Source of the DNA: a bacterium
Lineage (GTDB): Bacteria; CLD3; SB21
Assembly: GCA_013360215.1 (NCBI GenBank)
Contig: JABWCP010000002.1
Coordinates: forward strand, 62,001 to 126,000
DNA: 64,000 bases
Reading direction: 5' to 3'
Shown: in pieces, positions 1 through 9,518 of the stretch
How positions within the stretch are numbered: the stretch's first letter is position 1
Layout: each line of letters starts with the position of its first letter
Program-made: the position numbers and the translations under genes
The notes under the pieces: model-generated
Told to the model about the DNA's origin: nothing
Databases searched by the model: none
The model's input: only the letters and a program-made list of their open reading frames with translations

Positions 1-237
1 TGCAACGATCATGTCTTCGATCGTATTGCGCATCGGCACAGCCGAAGGGCAGTTGATATGCCCGCATGTCCCGAGCACCAGATTGCAACCGCATTGGCAA
101 ATCAATTCGCCCGATATCTTATTAAACATCTCATTTTGTTCGGCATTCAGTTTGGTCGTGTGTGCCGATCCGCCTTGGGAATAAAGTACGGAGGTTATTA
201 AAAGCGAAGCGATACAATAAATCTTAAGCTTTTTCAA
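1..237 (-). CDS. ccmH: Cytochrome c biogenesis protein CcmH/CcmL (5' part; runs off window start)
   Basis: Not in ORF track. Hand translation from TTG at 237: MKKLKIYCIASLLITSVLYSQ...ISGELICQCGCNLVLGTCGHINCPSAVPMRNTIEDMIVA; signal peptide plus Cys motif; overlaps the ccmF stop. Confidence 0.75.
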   Translation of the reverse strand, partial: MKKLKIYCIASLLITSVLYSQGGSAHTTKLNAEQNEMFNKISGELICQCGCNLVLGTCGHINCPSAVPMRNTIEDMIVA

Positions 238-2239
238 GCGTTTTTTCCTTTCGCATAGATTTGACGGATTTGCGATCTTCCTGATAAGCGGGGAGCAAAC
301 AAATCAAAGTTCCAAAAACAAGTATCTCGGTGCCGAGCCAAACCAATGAAACCAGCGGATTGACATAAATCTGTAAAACGGCTTTTTTCTCGGTATCATC
401 CAACCCGGTAAAAACGAGATATAAATCTTCTTTGAGTGTTTTATGTAACGCCACTTCTGTCGTAGGTTGTTGGCTGGAGCGATACATACGATATTCGGGC
501 TTCAATTCATCAATCTTCTTATCATCTTTAAATACGGAAACGACCGCATAAGACGATTGATAGTTCGGCGTATTGGTAAAGTCCACTTTATCAACCTTCA
601 AAAGGTAATCTTTCACCTGTCGGGATTCGCCCTGACCCAGCTCCGTTTTGGTTTCATAGTTAAAAATGCTGCCCGTAATACCTACGAAAATCACGACAAT
701 GCCGAAGTGTACGATGTAGCCTCCGTAACGGCGCTTGTTTTTGAGTGTTAAGTTTTTGAGTGCGATTAATACATTTTCACCATTGGAACGCATACGCGCA
801 CTTGTTCCTTTGGCAAATTCAATCACAATAACCGCCGCAACAAAAATATTGAGCACAAACGACATTAATCCGTAAAAATGCTGCGTAACAAACATGAATA
901 TGACAACACCGCCGGCCAGGGCAATGATCGTGGGTAATAAGAAAGCTTTCCGCAAACTCGCAGCCGAAGTCTTACGCCATGCAAAGAGCGGTCCCGCGCC
1001 GGTAAGGAACAGAAGAAATAGCGCGATCGGAATATTTACTTTATTGAAAAACGGCGCACCCACGACAATTTTTTCACCGGTGACGGCTTCTGAAATGATA
1101 GGGAACACCGTACCCCATAATACGGCAAAACAAGAAATCAAAAGCACGAGGTTATTAAACAAAAAACTGCTTTCACGCGATAAGGCCGAATCAAGCTGCC
1201 CTTCGCTCTTAAGCATTGGCAAGCGCTTTACAACAAACCAAACCGAAACCAGTAAAGTCAACGTGATGAAGGATATAAAATAGATTCCTATCGAACCTTG
1301 CGCAAAGGCGTGTACCGAGGAAACAACGCCGGAACGGGTGAGAAATGTACCGAAAATACACAGAAGGTACGTGGCAATGATCAAAGAAACGTTCCAAACT
1401 TTGAACATATTCTTTTTTTCCTGAATCATCACCGAATGTAAAAAAGCCGTTCCGGTAAGCCAAGGCATCAGCGATGCGTTTTCAACCGGATCCCAAGCCC
1501 AATATCCGCCCCAACCGAGCTCTTCGTAAGCCCACCAACCGCCCATCATGATACCGGCGCTTTGAAAAAGCCACGCAAAAAGAGTCCAACGGCGCGATAG
1601 CTTGATCCATTCGTCATTGAGTTGTCCGGAAATCAAAGCTGCCATAGCAAAAGCAAACGGAATAGCAAACCCGACATAACCCACAAAAAGTGTAGGCGGG
1701 TGGATTACCATCGCGGGATGTTGCAAAAGCGGATTTAAACCACGACCGTCCTGCGGGCGGAACATGGTTTCACTCCCGTCACCATGATGGGTTACAAGGA
1801 CATCAAACGGGTTGGAAGAAAAAAGATTGAGAGCCAGAAAAAAAACTTGTGTGATCATCGTGACGACGATAACCCACGGCATGAGCTCACCAAAACTATT
1901 GCGGTATCTGTACACGACGGCAAAACTATATGCCGCTAGCAACAGCGACCACAAAAGCAGTGACCCGGCCTGACCTGCCCAAAATGTATATTTGTAAAAA
2001 AGCGGCAAGTCCCGGTTAGTGTACGATGCGACATATTCGTATGTCATATCACCGGTAACCATCAGATAAATCAAACTTCCGGCGGCAACGACAACCATTG
2101 CAAAAACGACATACACGGCGTTTTGTGCCGAACGCACCAAATCACCGCGCTTGTAATGAACGCCGAGAAACGCCGACAAGATGGCAAAAGCAGCCATCGC
2201 CAGCGCCACTATCAACGCATAATTACCTATTTGACCCAT
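224..2239 (-). CDS. ccmF: Cytochrome c-type biogenesis heme lyase CcmF
   Basis: WGGYWAWDPVEN (WWD) motif, HPP, SVHAF, many TM helices. Confidence 0.95.
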   Translation of the reverse strand: MGQIGNYALIVALAMAAFAILSAFLGVHYKRGDLVRSAQNAVYVVFAMVVVAAGSLIYLMVTGDMTYEYVASYTNRDLPLFYKYTFWAGQAGSLLLWSLLLAAYSFAVVYRYRNSFGELMPWVIVVTMITQVFFLALNLFSSNPFDVLVTHHGDGSETMFRPQDGRGLNPLLQHPAMVIHPPTLFVGYVGFAIPFAFAMAALISGQLNDEWIKLSRRWTLFAWLFQSAGIMMGGWWAYEELGWGGYWAWDPVENASLMPWLTGTAFLHSVMIQEKKNMFKVWNVSLIIATYLLCIFGTFLTRSGVVSSVHAFAQGSIGIYFISFITLTLLVSVWFVVKRLPMLKSEGQLDSALSRESSFLFNNLVLLISCFAVLWGTVFPIISEAVTGEKIVVGAPFFNKVNIPIALFLLFLTGAGPLFAWRKTSAASLRKAFLLPTIIALAGGVVIFMFVTQHFYGLMSFVLNIFVAAVIVIEFAKGTSARMRSNGENVLIALKNLTLKNKRRYGGYIVHFGIVVIFVGITGSIFNYETKTELGQGESRQVKDYLLKVDKVDFTNTPNYQSSYAVVSVFKDDKKIDELKPEYRMYRSSQQPTTEVALHKTLKEDLYLVFTGLDDTEKKAVLQIYVNPLVSLVWLGTEILVFGTLICLLPAYQEDRKSVKSMRKEKTLEKA

Positions 2240-2286
2240 ATATATTCCTTAGCTTATTTGACAGACGATGTTATACACTATTTTTA

Positions 2287-4017
2287 TTAACTTTTCCATA
2301 GAATTTCATACACAGTTACCGGCTCCGCAACACCTTTGAGCGTAACGCGTTCGATCGGCGAGGCGATACTTTTGTTAGGCAAAAGATCATACGTGGACTG
2401 ACTGACGATGATCTGTCCGGCTTTAGCGACGCTGCACAAGCGATTGGCAATGTTGACGGTTTCACCGATCACGGTATATTCAAGGCGTTTATTGGAGCCG
2501 ATATTGCCTACAACGACTTCGCCGGTATTGATGCCGATACCGATATTGATCGGAGGATGTCCCTCGAGTTTGCGTTGAAAATTGAATTTCTCAGCTGCAC
2601 GTTGCATCTGTACGGCGGCATTGATAGCGCGCATATAAAAATCATCGTAGTGAACCGGCGCTCCGTAAAAAGCCATAATGGCATCGCCGATAAATTTATC
2701 CAACGTACCACCATAACTGTCAATAATGTCTATCATTTCATCAAAGTGCGAATTCAGTAAATTAATAAGTTCCTGAGGGTCCATACCGCGCGACATCGGC
2801 GTAAATCCGCGGATGTCGGTAAACATGACGCTGAGTCGGTTCTTTTCGCCTTTGAGAATACCATCAACGGATTGTTCGGACAGAACTTTTTTGGCAACGT
2901 CAGGGGAAAGATATTTACCAAAAAGATTTTCGACACGTTCTTTTTGCTTGAGACCCTGCGTCATCTCATTAAAATTTTTACCCAGCTCACCGAACTCATC
3001 GCGTGATTTGATCTGCAACATGATATTGAGATCGCCGGATTGTACTTTGTGCATAGCGTCGGAAAGCTGATGTACAGGCTTGGTCACGCCGCTGATAATT
3101 GCCAAAGCGATCATAAAAGCTAAAATGGAAACTCCGCCACCGACAAAAACCATCGTACGCTGCGAAGCGACAAGCGGCTCTAAGGCTTTGTCGAGTGAAC
3201 TAAAAAAAACATACGTCGCAATAACCGGGCGATCCTGACCCTGGCTTCCCGTAGCTGCAAAAACGGGATGAGCTACAGCCAAATAACGCTCACCATGAAT
3301 CGTAAACTGAAAAGGATCGCTTGAGGTTTTACGAATCATCGCCTGATCTAAAAAACTTTGGGATGATTTGAATTGGGCGAGAAGTTCGTTTCGATTTTCA
3401 AACTTATCCGTTGCAACGATTTTCCCGTTGATAATAAAGGCAATGGAACTTGTGGTAACTTTAGCGATTTTGGTTGCTACGGTATCCGTCACATCATATC
3501 CCAAAACGATGCCGCCAAGAACTTGATTATTGACGATCGTAGGAGAAGCCGCCACACGGAGAAGTTTACCATTCTCTTCCCAAAAACCACCGTTATCATA
3601 TCCTTCGAGTGCAGCGGCGACTTCAGGGCGCTGTGAAAGATTCATACTCGCGCTCAGTTCCGTGCCGACAAACGCCAATACCTGGCCGGACGGGCTCAAT
3701 GCGACAAATATATCGGATTTGAATTCGCCAATCTGATTGGTTTCTTCCAGCGCTTGTTGTACTGTTTTTTGGTCGCCCGTACTAAGTTGTGCAGCGAACT
3801 TGGGATTATCTGAAACGCTACGGCTCTGGAGTATCAATTGTTCGAAATAGCTGTTATTAAACTCTTCATAGGTGCCGTTACTTTTGATTAGCCGATCGGT
3901 AATATCGGTTTCGATATTTTTAGCCAAACCGAGCGAAACGATGACGTACGCAACGGCCGCCAACGTCAAGGTCACAGTTACGAGAAAAATCAGCTTGTAA
4001 CGGAATTTGATAATCAT
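2287..4017 (-). CDS. Membrane class III adenylate/guanylate cyclase (periplasmic Cache-like sensor, HAMP)
   Basis: FTDIRGFT, LDKFIGDAIMA, GIGINTG, YTVIGETVNIANRL; HAMP DEFGEL; two TM segments. Confidence 0.92.
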   Translation of the reverse strand: MIIKFRYKLIFLVTVTLTLAAVAYVIVSLGLAKNIETDITDRLIKSNGTYEEFNNSYFEQLILQSRSVSDNPKFAAQLSTGDQKTVQQALEETNQIGEFKSDIFVALSPSGQVLAFVGTELSASMNLSQRPEVAAALEGYDNGGFWEENGKLLRVAASPTIVNNQVLGGIVLGYDVTDTVATKIAKVTTSSIAFIINGKIVATDKFENRNELLAQFKSSQSFLDQAMIRKTSSDPFQFTIHGERYLAVAHPVFAATGSQGQDRPVIATYVFFSSLDKALEPLVASQRTMVFVGGGVSILAFMIALAIISGVTKPVHQLSDAMHKVQSGDLNIMLQIKSRDEFGELGKNFNEMTQGLKQKERVENLFGKYLSPDVAKKVLSEQSVDGILKGEKNRLSVMFTDIRGFTPMSRGMDPQELINLLNSHFDEMIDIIDSYGGTLDKFIGDAIMAFYGAPVHYDDFYMRAINAAVQMQRAAEKFNFQRKLEGHPPINIGIGINTGEVVVGNIGSNKRLEYTVIGETVNIANRLCSVAKAGQIIVSQSTYDLLPNKSIASPIERVTLKGVAEPVTVYEILWKS

Positions 4018-4141
4018 GTTTTATTTCTCCGGACGGTTAATCACATGTGGATTCAAATTACCTTTTGGGTGTTGAAAATACAAGCGTTATCGTATTTGTT
4101 CGCTTGCCGTGATTTCAGAGCACTTTTCATCCGGAATTGTG

Positions 4142-4170
4142 TTGATTCGTGTTACATTCGCTTCTATCTT
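4142..4170 (+). promoter_or_regulatory. Putative sigma70 promoter, the likely original promoter of the gene now starting at 9498
   Basis: TTGATT-17 nt-TATCTT, 23 nt upstream of the duplicated ATG at 4194. Confidence 0.5.
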
Positions 4171-4193
4171 AAACAAACGAAACGGATAAAAGT

Positions 4194-4214
4194 ATGACTT
4201 TGATCATAGATGCG
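4194..4214 (+). repeat. 21-bp direct repeat, left copy (attL-like)
   Basis: ATGACTTTGATCATAGATGCG, identical to 9498-9518; flanking bases differ on both sides. Confidence 0.95.
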
Positions 4215-4335
4215 TGCCGCCAAACAGCTTGTTTCGGTTGTGCTTTTTTAAAAAAAGTATTCTTTTAAAAAAAATTACGATATGAATAAATAAATTTTTT
4301 TGCCAAAAAATCTCGCCTGTTTTTTATGCACTTAT

Positions 4336-4368
4336 AAAATCTTGTAGGTAATTTACCTACAAGATTTT
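4336..4368. promoter_or_regulatory. 33-bp perfect palindrome, candidate operator
   Basis: AAAATCTTGTAGGTAA-T-TTACCTACAAGATTTT (16-bp arms); a further CCTACA half-site about 10 bp downstream. Confidence 0.6.
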
Positions 4369-4605
4369 CAGCCATTTCCCTACAGACTTCCACATTTTTT
4401 TGATGTATATTTAGTGTGTAAGTTACTTTTTGATCGATCAAGTAGCGTCCCATTTTGTTCCAATTGTTCTTTTGTTCTTTTTTGTTTGTATTTCGAATTC
4501 GTAGTCCAGAGATAATCAGTTCACCAAAAAAAGTTCGTGATTGATGTCAATGGGCGAGGTGTACCTTTTTTAAATCTTTATTTAATGTATTGAGGAGAAA
4601 CTCAA

Positions 4606-6675
4606 ATGAAACGTATGAAACGTCTGGTCGTAACAGCAAAAAGTTTATGCTTGATGCTCTTGTTTAATGCGGCTCTCTATGCGCAGACAACTAATGTCGT
4701 AACTGAAAATGCAAACCCGGGAACGGCCGGTTATATTCCTTATTTCTACAATGCTAGTACGCTTCGCAACTCACCTTTTTATTATAATGGCGGTAATATC
4801 GGTGTGGGAAACCCCTCGAATATCTCAGCCTATTTCGATGTGAATGGAACTGCAAAATTTCGGGGGAACACGGTTAGCTTTGGTCAATTTTCAGATTATC
4901 AACATTTGTCGGGTATGGACATCGTTTATACTGACGGTGGTTCAGGTACTATTACCTTTCGTGGTCAACGTTGGGGAAGTAATTGGAAATGGGAACACTC
5001 ATATTCCGGGGGTATATACGTTCCTCAAATGCAACTTGATAATAGTACCAACGCTCTTTACTTATTCAACAGCTCAACATCTGTAGGAACTGCAACCGTC
5101 CGTTTGCATCCAAATGGTTTAACGTATTTTAATGGCGGTAATGTCGGTATAGGTACTACGAGTGCAACTCAAAAACTCGAAGTATGGGGTGCAAATTCAG
5201 CACCGGGCACCAGCGGTACTGCCGCAGATGGTATTCTTCGTCTACAGCCTACAGGCAGCAACGCGATGGTTGATTTTGGTATGGTTACAAGTAATGCATA
5301 CGCCTGGATTCAGCCACGCGATCGAAGCAATTATGCCACTAATTTCAATCTTTCACTTAATCCGAATGGCGGTCGTGTCGGTATCGGTACGACAAACCCA
5401 GTAAGTATTTTATCAATTGGCGCAAACAATACAACGATGCCAACTGATGGAGGTATCTCTCTCGGTAGTGATCAAGCAACGCTTCAGATGCTTCATTCTA
5501 ATTGGGGCTCAGGCTATGGCTCAAAAATATACGGTAAGGATGATGGAAATGGGGAAACATCGTTCAGAATAGCTACTCGCCATGGTGTTTCGACATGGAC
5601 TGATCGTGTATATTTATCAACGCAAACAGGCAATGTCGGTATAGGCACTAATACGCCCGGCAATAAACTTGATATTGCAGCTTCTAACCGTCAACTTCGT
5701 TTGACAGATACAGATGATAGCAAATTTTGGCAGCTCAGCGCTTCGTCCAATGCCTTGGCTTTTCGTTATCAAGAAGGACTTGCAGATGAAAAATTAGCCA
5801 TGTGGATGACTAGCAACGGCGATGTTGGGGTTGGGACTAGCAGTCCTACGCAAAAACTCGAAGTGTGGGGTGCTAATTCAGCTCCTGGCACCAGTGGCAC
5901 TGCTGCTGACGGTATCTTGCGTTTGCAACCTGTCGGTAGTGATGCTATGGTTGACTTTGGTATGGTTACCAGTGGGGCTTATGCATGGATACAACCACGC
6001 AATCGAAGCAATTATGCCACTAACTTCAATCTTTCACTTAATCCGAATGGCGGTAATGTCGGGATAGGTACGACAACGCCTAGCTATAAACTTCAAGTTA
6101 ATACTGTTGCATCAGGTAAAGCGGGTTATTTTCAGACAACAGGCAGTTGGCAGGCAATTGACTTCTCGTCTGATGGCGGTACTACAAAAGGTAGTTTAGC
6201 AGCCGCTGGGGGAAATATATATTTGGGCAAGTCCGATGTAGGAACTGATCCCAAGATAACGGTAAATATCACAAATGGCAACGTCGGTATCGGCACGACT
6301 TCTCCCGGAGCAAAACTCCATGTCGAAGGTGGTAATGTGTGGATCGGACAAAAAACGGTTCAGTACACCGGTCCGGATACTTACAAACTCAATGTATTTG
6401 GCAATGTGCGCGCAGACGAAATCGTCGTCAATACCAACGGTGCTGATTTTGTATTCGAAGAAGGATATAAGCTGCCATCTCTGGACGAAGTCGAAAAACA
6501 CATCAAAACCCAAAAACATCTTCCGGGTATCGCCTCGGCCGCCGATATGCAAGCCAATGGCGTCGGTATCTCCGAACTCCAAACCAAACTCCTCCAAAAA
6601 GTCGAAGAACTTACGCTGTATGTGATTCAGCTGAAAAAGGAAAATGAAGAGTTGAGGAGAATGATTCAGTACTAG
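4606..6675 (+). CDS. Secreted tail-fibre/adhesin-like protein with GNVGIGT repeats and C-terminal intramolecular-chaperone-like (peptidase S74-like) coiled-coil domain
   Basis: Signal peptide ending ALYA-Q; seven G(N/R/D)(V/I)G(I/V)G junction motifs; C-terminus DFVFEEGYKLPSLDEVEKHIK..HLPGI..LLQKVEELTLYVIQLKKEN. Confidence 0.75.
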   Translation: MKRMKRLVVTAKSLCLMLLFNAALYAQTTNVVTENANPGTAGYIPYFYNASTLRNSPFYYNGGNIGVGNPSNISAYFDVNGTAKFRGNTVSFGQFSDYQHLSGMDIVYTDGGSGTITFRGQRWGSNWKWEHSYSGGIYVPQMQLDNSTNALYLFNSSTSVGTATVRLHPNGLTYFNGGNVGIGTTSATQKLEVWGANSAPGTSGTAADGILRLQPTGSNAMVDFGMVTSNAYAWIQPRDRSNYATNFNLSLNPNGGRVGIGTTNPVSILSIGANNTTMPTDGGISLGSDQATLQMLHSNWGSGYGSKIYGKDDGNGETSFRIATRHGVSTWTDRVYLSTQTGNVGIGTNTPGNKLDIAASNRQLRLTDTDDSKFWQLSASSNALAFRYQEGLADEKLAMWMTSNGDVGVGTSSPTQKLEVWGANSAPGTSGTAADGILRLQPVGSDAMVDFGMVTSGAYAWIQPRNRSNYATNFNLSLNPNGGNVGIGTTTPSYKLQVNTVASGKAGYFQTTGSWQAIDFSSDGGTTKGSLAAAGGNIYLGKSDVGTDPKITVNITNGNVGIGTTSPGAKLHVEGGNVWIGQKTVQYTGPDTYKLNVFGNVRADEIVVNTNGADFVFEEGYKLPSLDEVEKHIKTQKHLPGIASAADMQANGVGISELQTKLLQKVEELTLYVIQLKKENEELRRMIQY
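5137..6075 (+). repeat. Intragenic duplicated module of about 86 aa (5137-5394 and 5818-6075)
   Basis: TQKLEVWGANSAPGTSGTAADGILRLQP...NYATNFNLSLNPNGG occurs twice, offset 681 bp. Confidence 0.95.
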
Positions 6676-6703
6676 TATATTAATTTTTTTAGGAGTTCTA
6701 TAG

Positions 6704-9340
6704 ATGAGAACAATAAATGCGTTATTATTATTAATTATAAGTCTTACAGCCGGGTCAGTTTTTTCAGCAGAGAGAACGTTAGTTGTTCCAGATGATTATC
6801 ACTATTCTGCATCAGTAATAGTGGTTGACAAACTAGGACGTCCAGTGCCTTATGCTGACATTACATTAAAAGTGCAAGTTTATTTTACTAGAATGGATGG
6901 GTATCAATGTTTGCCTGGCGAATGCCCTTCCCCAACTTCTACTATTATGTCATCCAAAACAAATTTAGCGGGGATAGCAGCTTTCGACTTTATTTTTCCT
7001 AATCCCAATCCACCTGAAGATCCGAATTATTACACTCGTCCTAGATCTGCATGGTATATTGGATTTGCCGATAAAATTTATGATTTAGCAAATGATCAAT
7101 CAAATTTTGTCGAATTAATTAGCCCTCAATATTCTGAGCAAGACCACATCACATATACTTTTATTATTGATGATGATGCTCCTCTACAACCCAATAATTT
7201 AATTTTTCCCAACGACGAAGTTAGTGATGATTTTCAAATCTTTCCAGAAGAGTTTAATTTGGACAATGGGTTTAGTTCACACTCAACCTCGACAACCGGG
7301 TTTAATGTTTATATGTACTACGGATACAATAAGGTACAAGCTATAACCAAACCCATTCTCTTAATTGAAGGGATTGATTTCGACAACGAGAAAAATGATT
7401 GGAAAAGACTATATCCAATGATTGGAAGAGATTTTATTGAAAATAAGCTTAGAGGGAGAGGCTATGATGTGATTATTGTTGATTTCAAAGACGGTACAAA
7501 CTTCTTAGAAAACAATGCTCGTTCTGTAATGAATGCAATAGCATGGACAAATCAGCAACTTGCATTGAATGGGAGTTCAGAAAATATTATTTTAGTAGGC
7601 GCCAGCATGGGGGGCGTGCTTTCTAGATATGCATTGAAGGAGATGGAGAATAGGTATCTATCAGCTTTGATAAATAATCAATCTAATCCTAACCAATGGA
7701 ATCATAATACCAAATTATGGACTTCGTTTGATTCTCCACAACAGGGGGCAAATATACCGATAGCTGATCAAGCTTTTTTAAGTTTCTTCTCTGCACTAGA
7801 TCCGAAAAGCGAAAAAAAATTCAAGAACCTTGGGAAGCCTGCACCAAGACAATTAATGAAAAGTAATTATAAAAACGCATTTATATCTAACGGTCCATTT
7901 GGGATAAAAAATTTAAATTATTCAAATAATAACAGTGATCATGATGTATTCTTCAATGAATTACTTTTTATGGGATATCCGATGTATCTTGAAAAAATTG
8001 GTATCTCAAATGGAAGTGGTTTTGGAAATGACGGGCTCCAAAAAACCTCTGATGGAATTCAATCAATGTCATCTAGTGGTGAATTAATGCTAAAAGTTGG
8101 TTGTGATGGCTCATGTGCAGATGTTGAATGGGACATCAAACTTTATTCATCAAACATAAATAGCTCTGATCAGTTAGTATTTAATGGAATTTATGATGTA
8201 TTAGACGATGACTGGTACTCTTTTTCGTCACTTCTTACATGGGTTCCTTTTGGCATAATTGATTATGCTTTAGACTATGCTGATGATATAGGTGTATCAG
8301 GTACACCGTTAGATGAAAAAATAGAATATTGGTTTGTAAAAAACGCAAATTCATTGTACCAAAGTGTTAGTATGTTCCCCGACAATGCTCCAGGAGGTTA
8401 CAGAGAAACACAAAAAGAAATATATAATAAATCAAAACGAGCATTAAGGTCCGGCGGCGGGGAAATTAATTTGTATTTTTCCAAACATTGCTTTATTCCC
8501 ACGACAAGTGCATTAGATTTAAGAAATAGTACCAATCAACGAGTTAGTCCCTATACTAAGTTAATTGGTACGGACAATGATCTAACTAAGCTTCCTGTAG
8601 GAGTGCAAACGCCTTTTGATCATATAAGGTATCAAACAGAAAATGAAAAGCATGTCTTTATAAGCCAGTCCACTGGAGATTGGTTAGATGAATTGTTGAC
8701 TCCAATGAGTTTAGTTGTTGAAAATAAACTGTTTGACAAATGGAATCGAAAATTCACTGGAACCGAGTTGGTTGAAGTTAAGAACACTCAAATTAAACCA
8801 AACTTGCTCGGGGGCACACCTCCAGTTTTTGAAGTAAGCTCTGGAAAAAAAATAGTTATTAGCTCAGGTACTACAATAAAAAGTGGCGCCAAGTTTTTAG
8901 CAAGTATTGATCCCAACCTCATAGTAAACGGAACTCAAAATAACACTTCGTACCTAATGTCCGCAATGGCTAAATCATCCGAATCTGAATCGGATATGAA
9001 AAAAGATGCTGCGGACAGTGTCAAAACTGAGATTCCGACAAAACCGTTAGAACTTCCTACGACTTTCAGTCTTGATCAAAACTATCCCAATCCTTTTAAC
9101 CCGACGACGACTATGCGTTATGCGTTGAAAGAGGATGTGGCGGTCACGCTGAAGATATACAATATGCTGGGACAGGAAGTAAAAACACTCGTCAATAATC
9201 AGAAACAGGCGGCTGGTTTCAAATCCGTCATGTGGGATGGACGTAATAACTACGGTCACCAGGTACCGAGCGGTACCTATATCTATCGCCTTCAAGCCGG
9301 GACTTTCATCCAAACCCGAAAGATGCTGCTAGTCAAATAG
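6704..9340 (+). CDS. Secreted alpha/beta hydrolase (lipase/PGAP1-like) with C-terminal FlgD-Ig/T9SS-type sorting domain
   Basis: Signal peptide; KPILLIEGID, GASMGG nucleophile elbow, FDSPQQGANIP, HCFIPT; C-terminal LDQNYPNPFNP...TRKMLLVK. Confidence 0.8.
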   Translation: MRTINALLLLIISLTAGSVFSAERTLVVPDDYHYSASVIVVDKLGRPVPYADITLKVQVYFTRMDGYQCLPGECPSPTSTIMSSKTNLAGIAAFDFIFPNPNPPEDPNYYTRPRSAWYIGFADKIYDLANDQSNFVELISPQYSEQDHITYTFIIDDDAPLQPNNLIFPNDEVSDDFQIFPEEFNLDNGFSSHSTSTTGFNVYMYYGYNKVQAITKPILLIEGIDFDNEKNDWKRLYPMIGRDFIENKLRGRGYDVIIVDFKDGTNFLENNARSVMNAIAWTNQQLALNGSSENIILVGASMGGVLSRYALKEMENRYLSALINNQSNPNQWNHNTKLWTSFDSPQQGANIPIADQAFLSFFSALDPKSEKKFKNLGKPAPRQLMKSNYKNAFISNGPFGIKNLNYSNNNSDHDVFFNELLFMGYPMYLEKIGISNGSGFGNDGLQKTSDGIQSMSSSGELMLKVGCDGSCADVEWDIKLYSSNINSSDQLVFNGIYDVLDDDWYSFSSLLTWVPFGIIDYALDYADDIGVSGTPLDEKIEYWFVKNANSLYQSVSMFPDNAPGGYRETQKEIYNKSKRALRSGGGEINLYFSKHCFIPTTSALDLRNSTNQRVSPYTKLIGTDNDLTKLPVGVQTPFDHIRYQTENEKHVFISQSTGDWLDELLTPMSLVVENKLFDKWNRKFTGTELVEVKNTQIKPNLLGGTPPVFEVSSGKKIVISSGTTIKSGAKFLASIDPNLIVNGTQNNTSYLMSAMAKSSESESDMKKDAADSVKTEIPTKPLELPTTFSLDQNYPNPFNPTTTMRYALKEDVAVTLKIYNMLGQEVKTLVNNQKQAAGFKSVMWDGRNNYGHQVPSGTYIYRLQAGTFIQTRKMLLVK

Positions 9341-9373
9341 ATATAATTTTTTGAGAAACCTTCGTAATTTCAC

Positions 9374-9404
9374 AAACCACGCGATCGCATCGCGTGGTTT
9401 TTTT
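9374..9404 (+). terminator. Intrinsic terminator after island genes
   Basis: AAACCACGCGAT-CGC-ATCGCGTGGTTT followed by T tract. Confidence 0.85.
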
Positions 9405-9497
9405 GTTTTATTGTATTTAAGGCGCTTGTTTCAAATATTGCCTTGATGGAATAAGCCATTTATCCATAAATCATAAAATGAATAACACAGAAATCTC

Positions 9498-9518
9498 ATG
9501 ACTTTGATCATAGATGCG
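9498..9518 (+). repeat. 21-bp direct repeat, right copy (attR-like); first 7 codons of the downstream gene
   Basis: Identical to 4194-4214. Confidence 0.95.

Larger units (their letters stand above)
4194..9518. mobile_element. 5.3-kb direct-repeat-bounded island without integrase
   Basis: Exact 21-bp terminal repeats, largely AT-rich interior, two accessory secreted-protein genes; removing one repeat plus the interior rejoins promoter 4142-4170 to the 9498 ORF. Confidence 0.8.

Noticed and set aside
4606-6675. Prophage
   Set aside because: The fibre-like gene has a Sec signal and there are no capsid, terminase, integrase or lysis genes.
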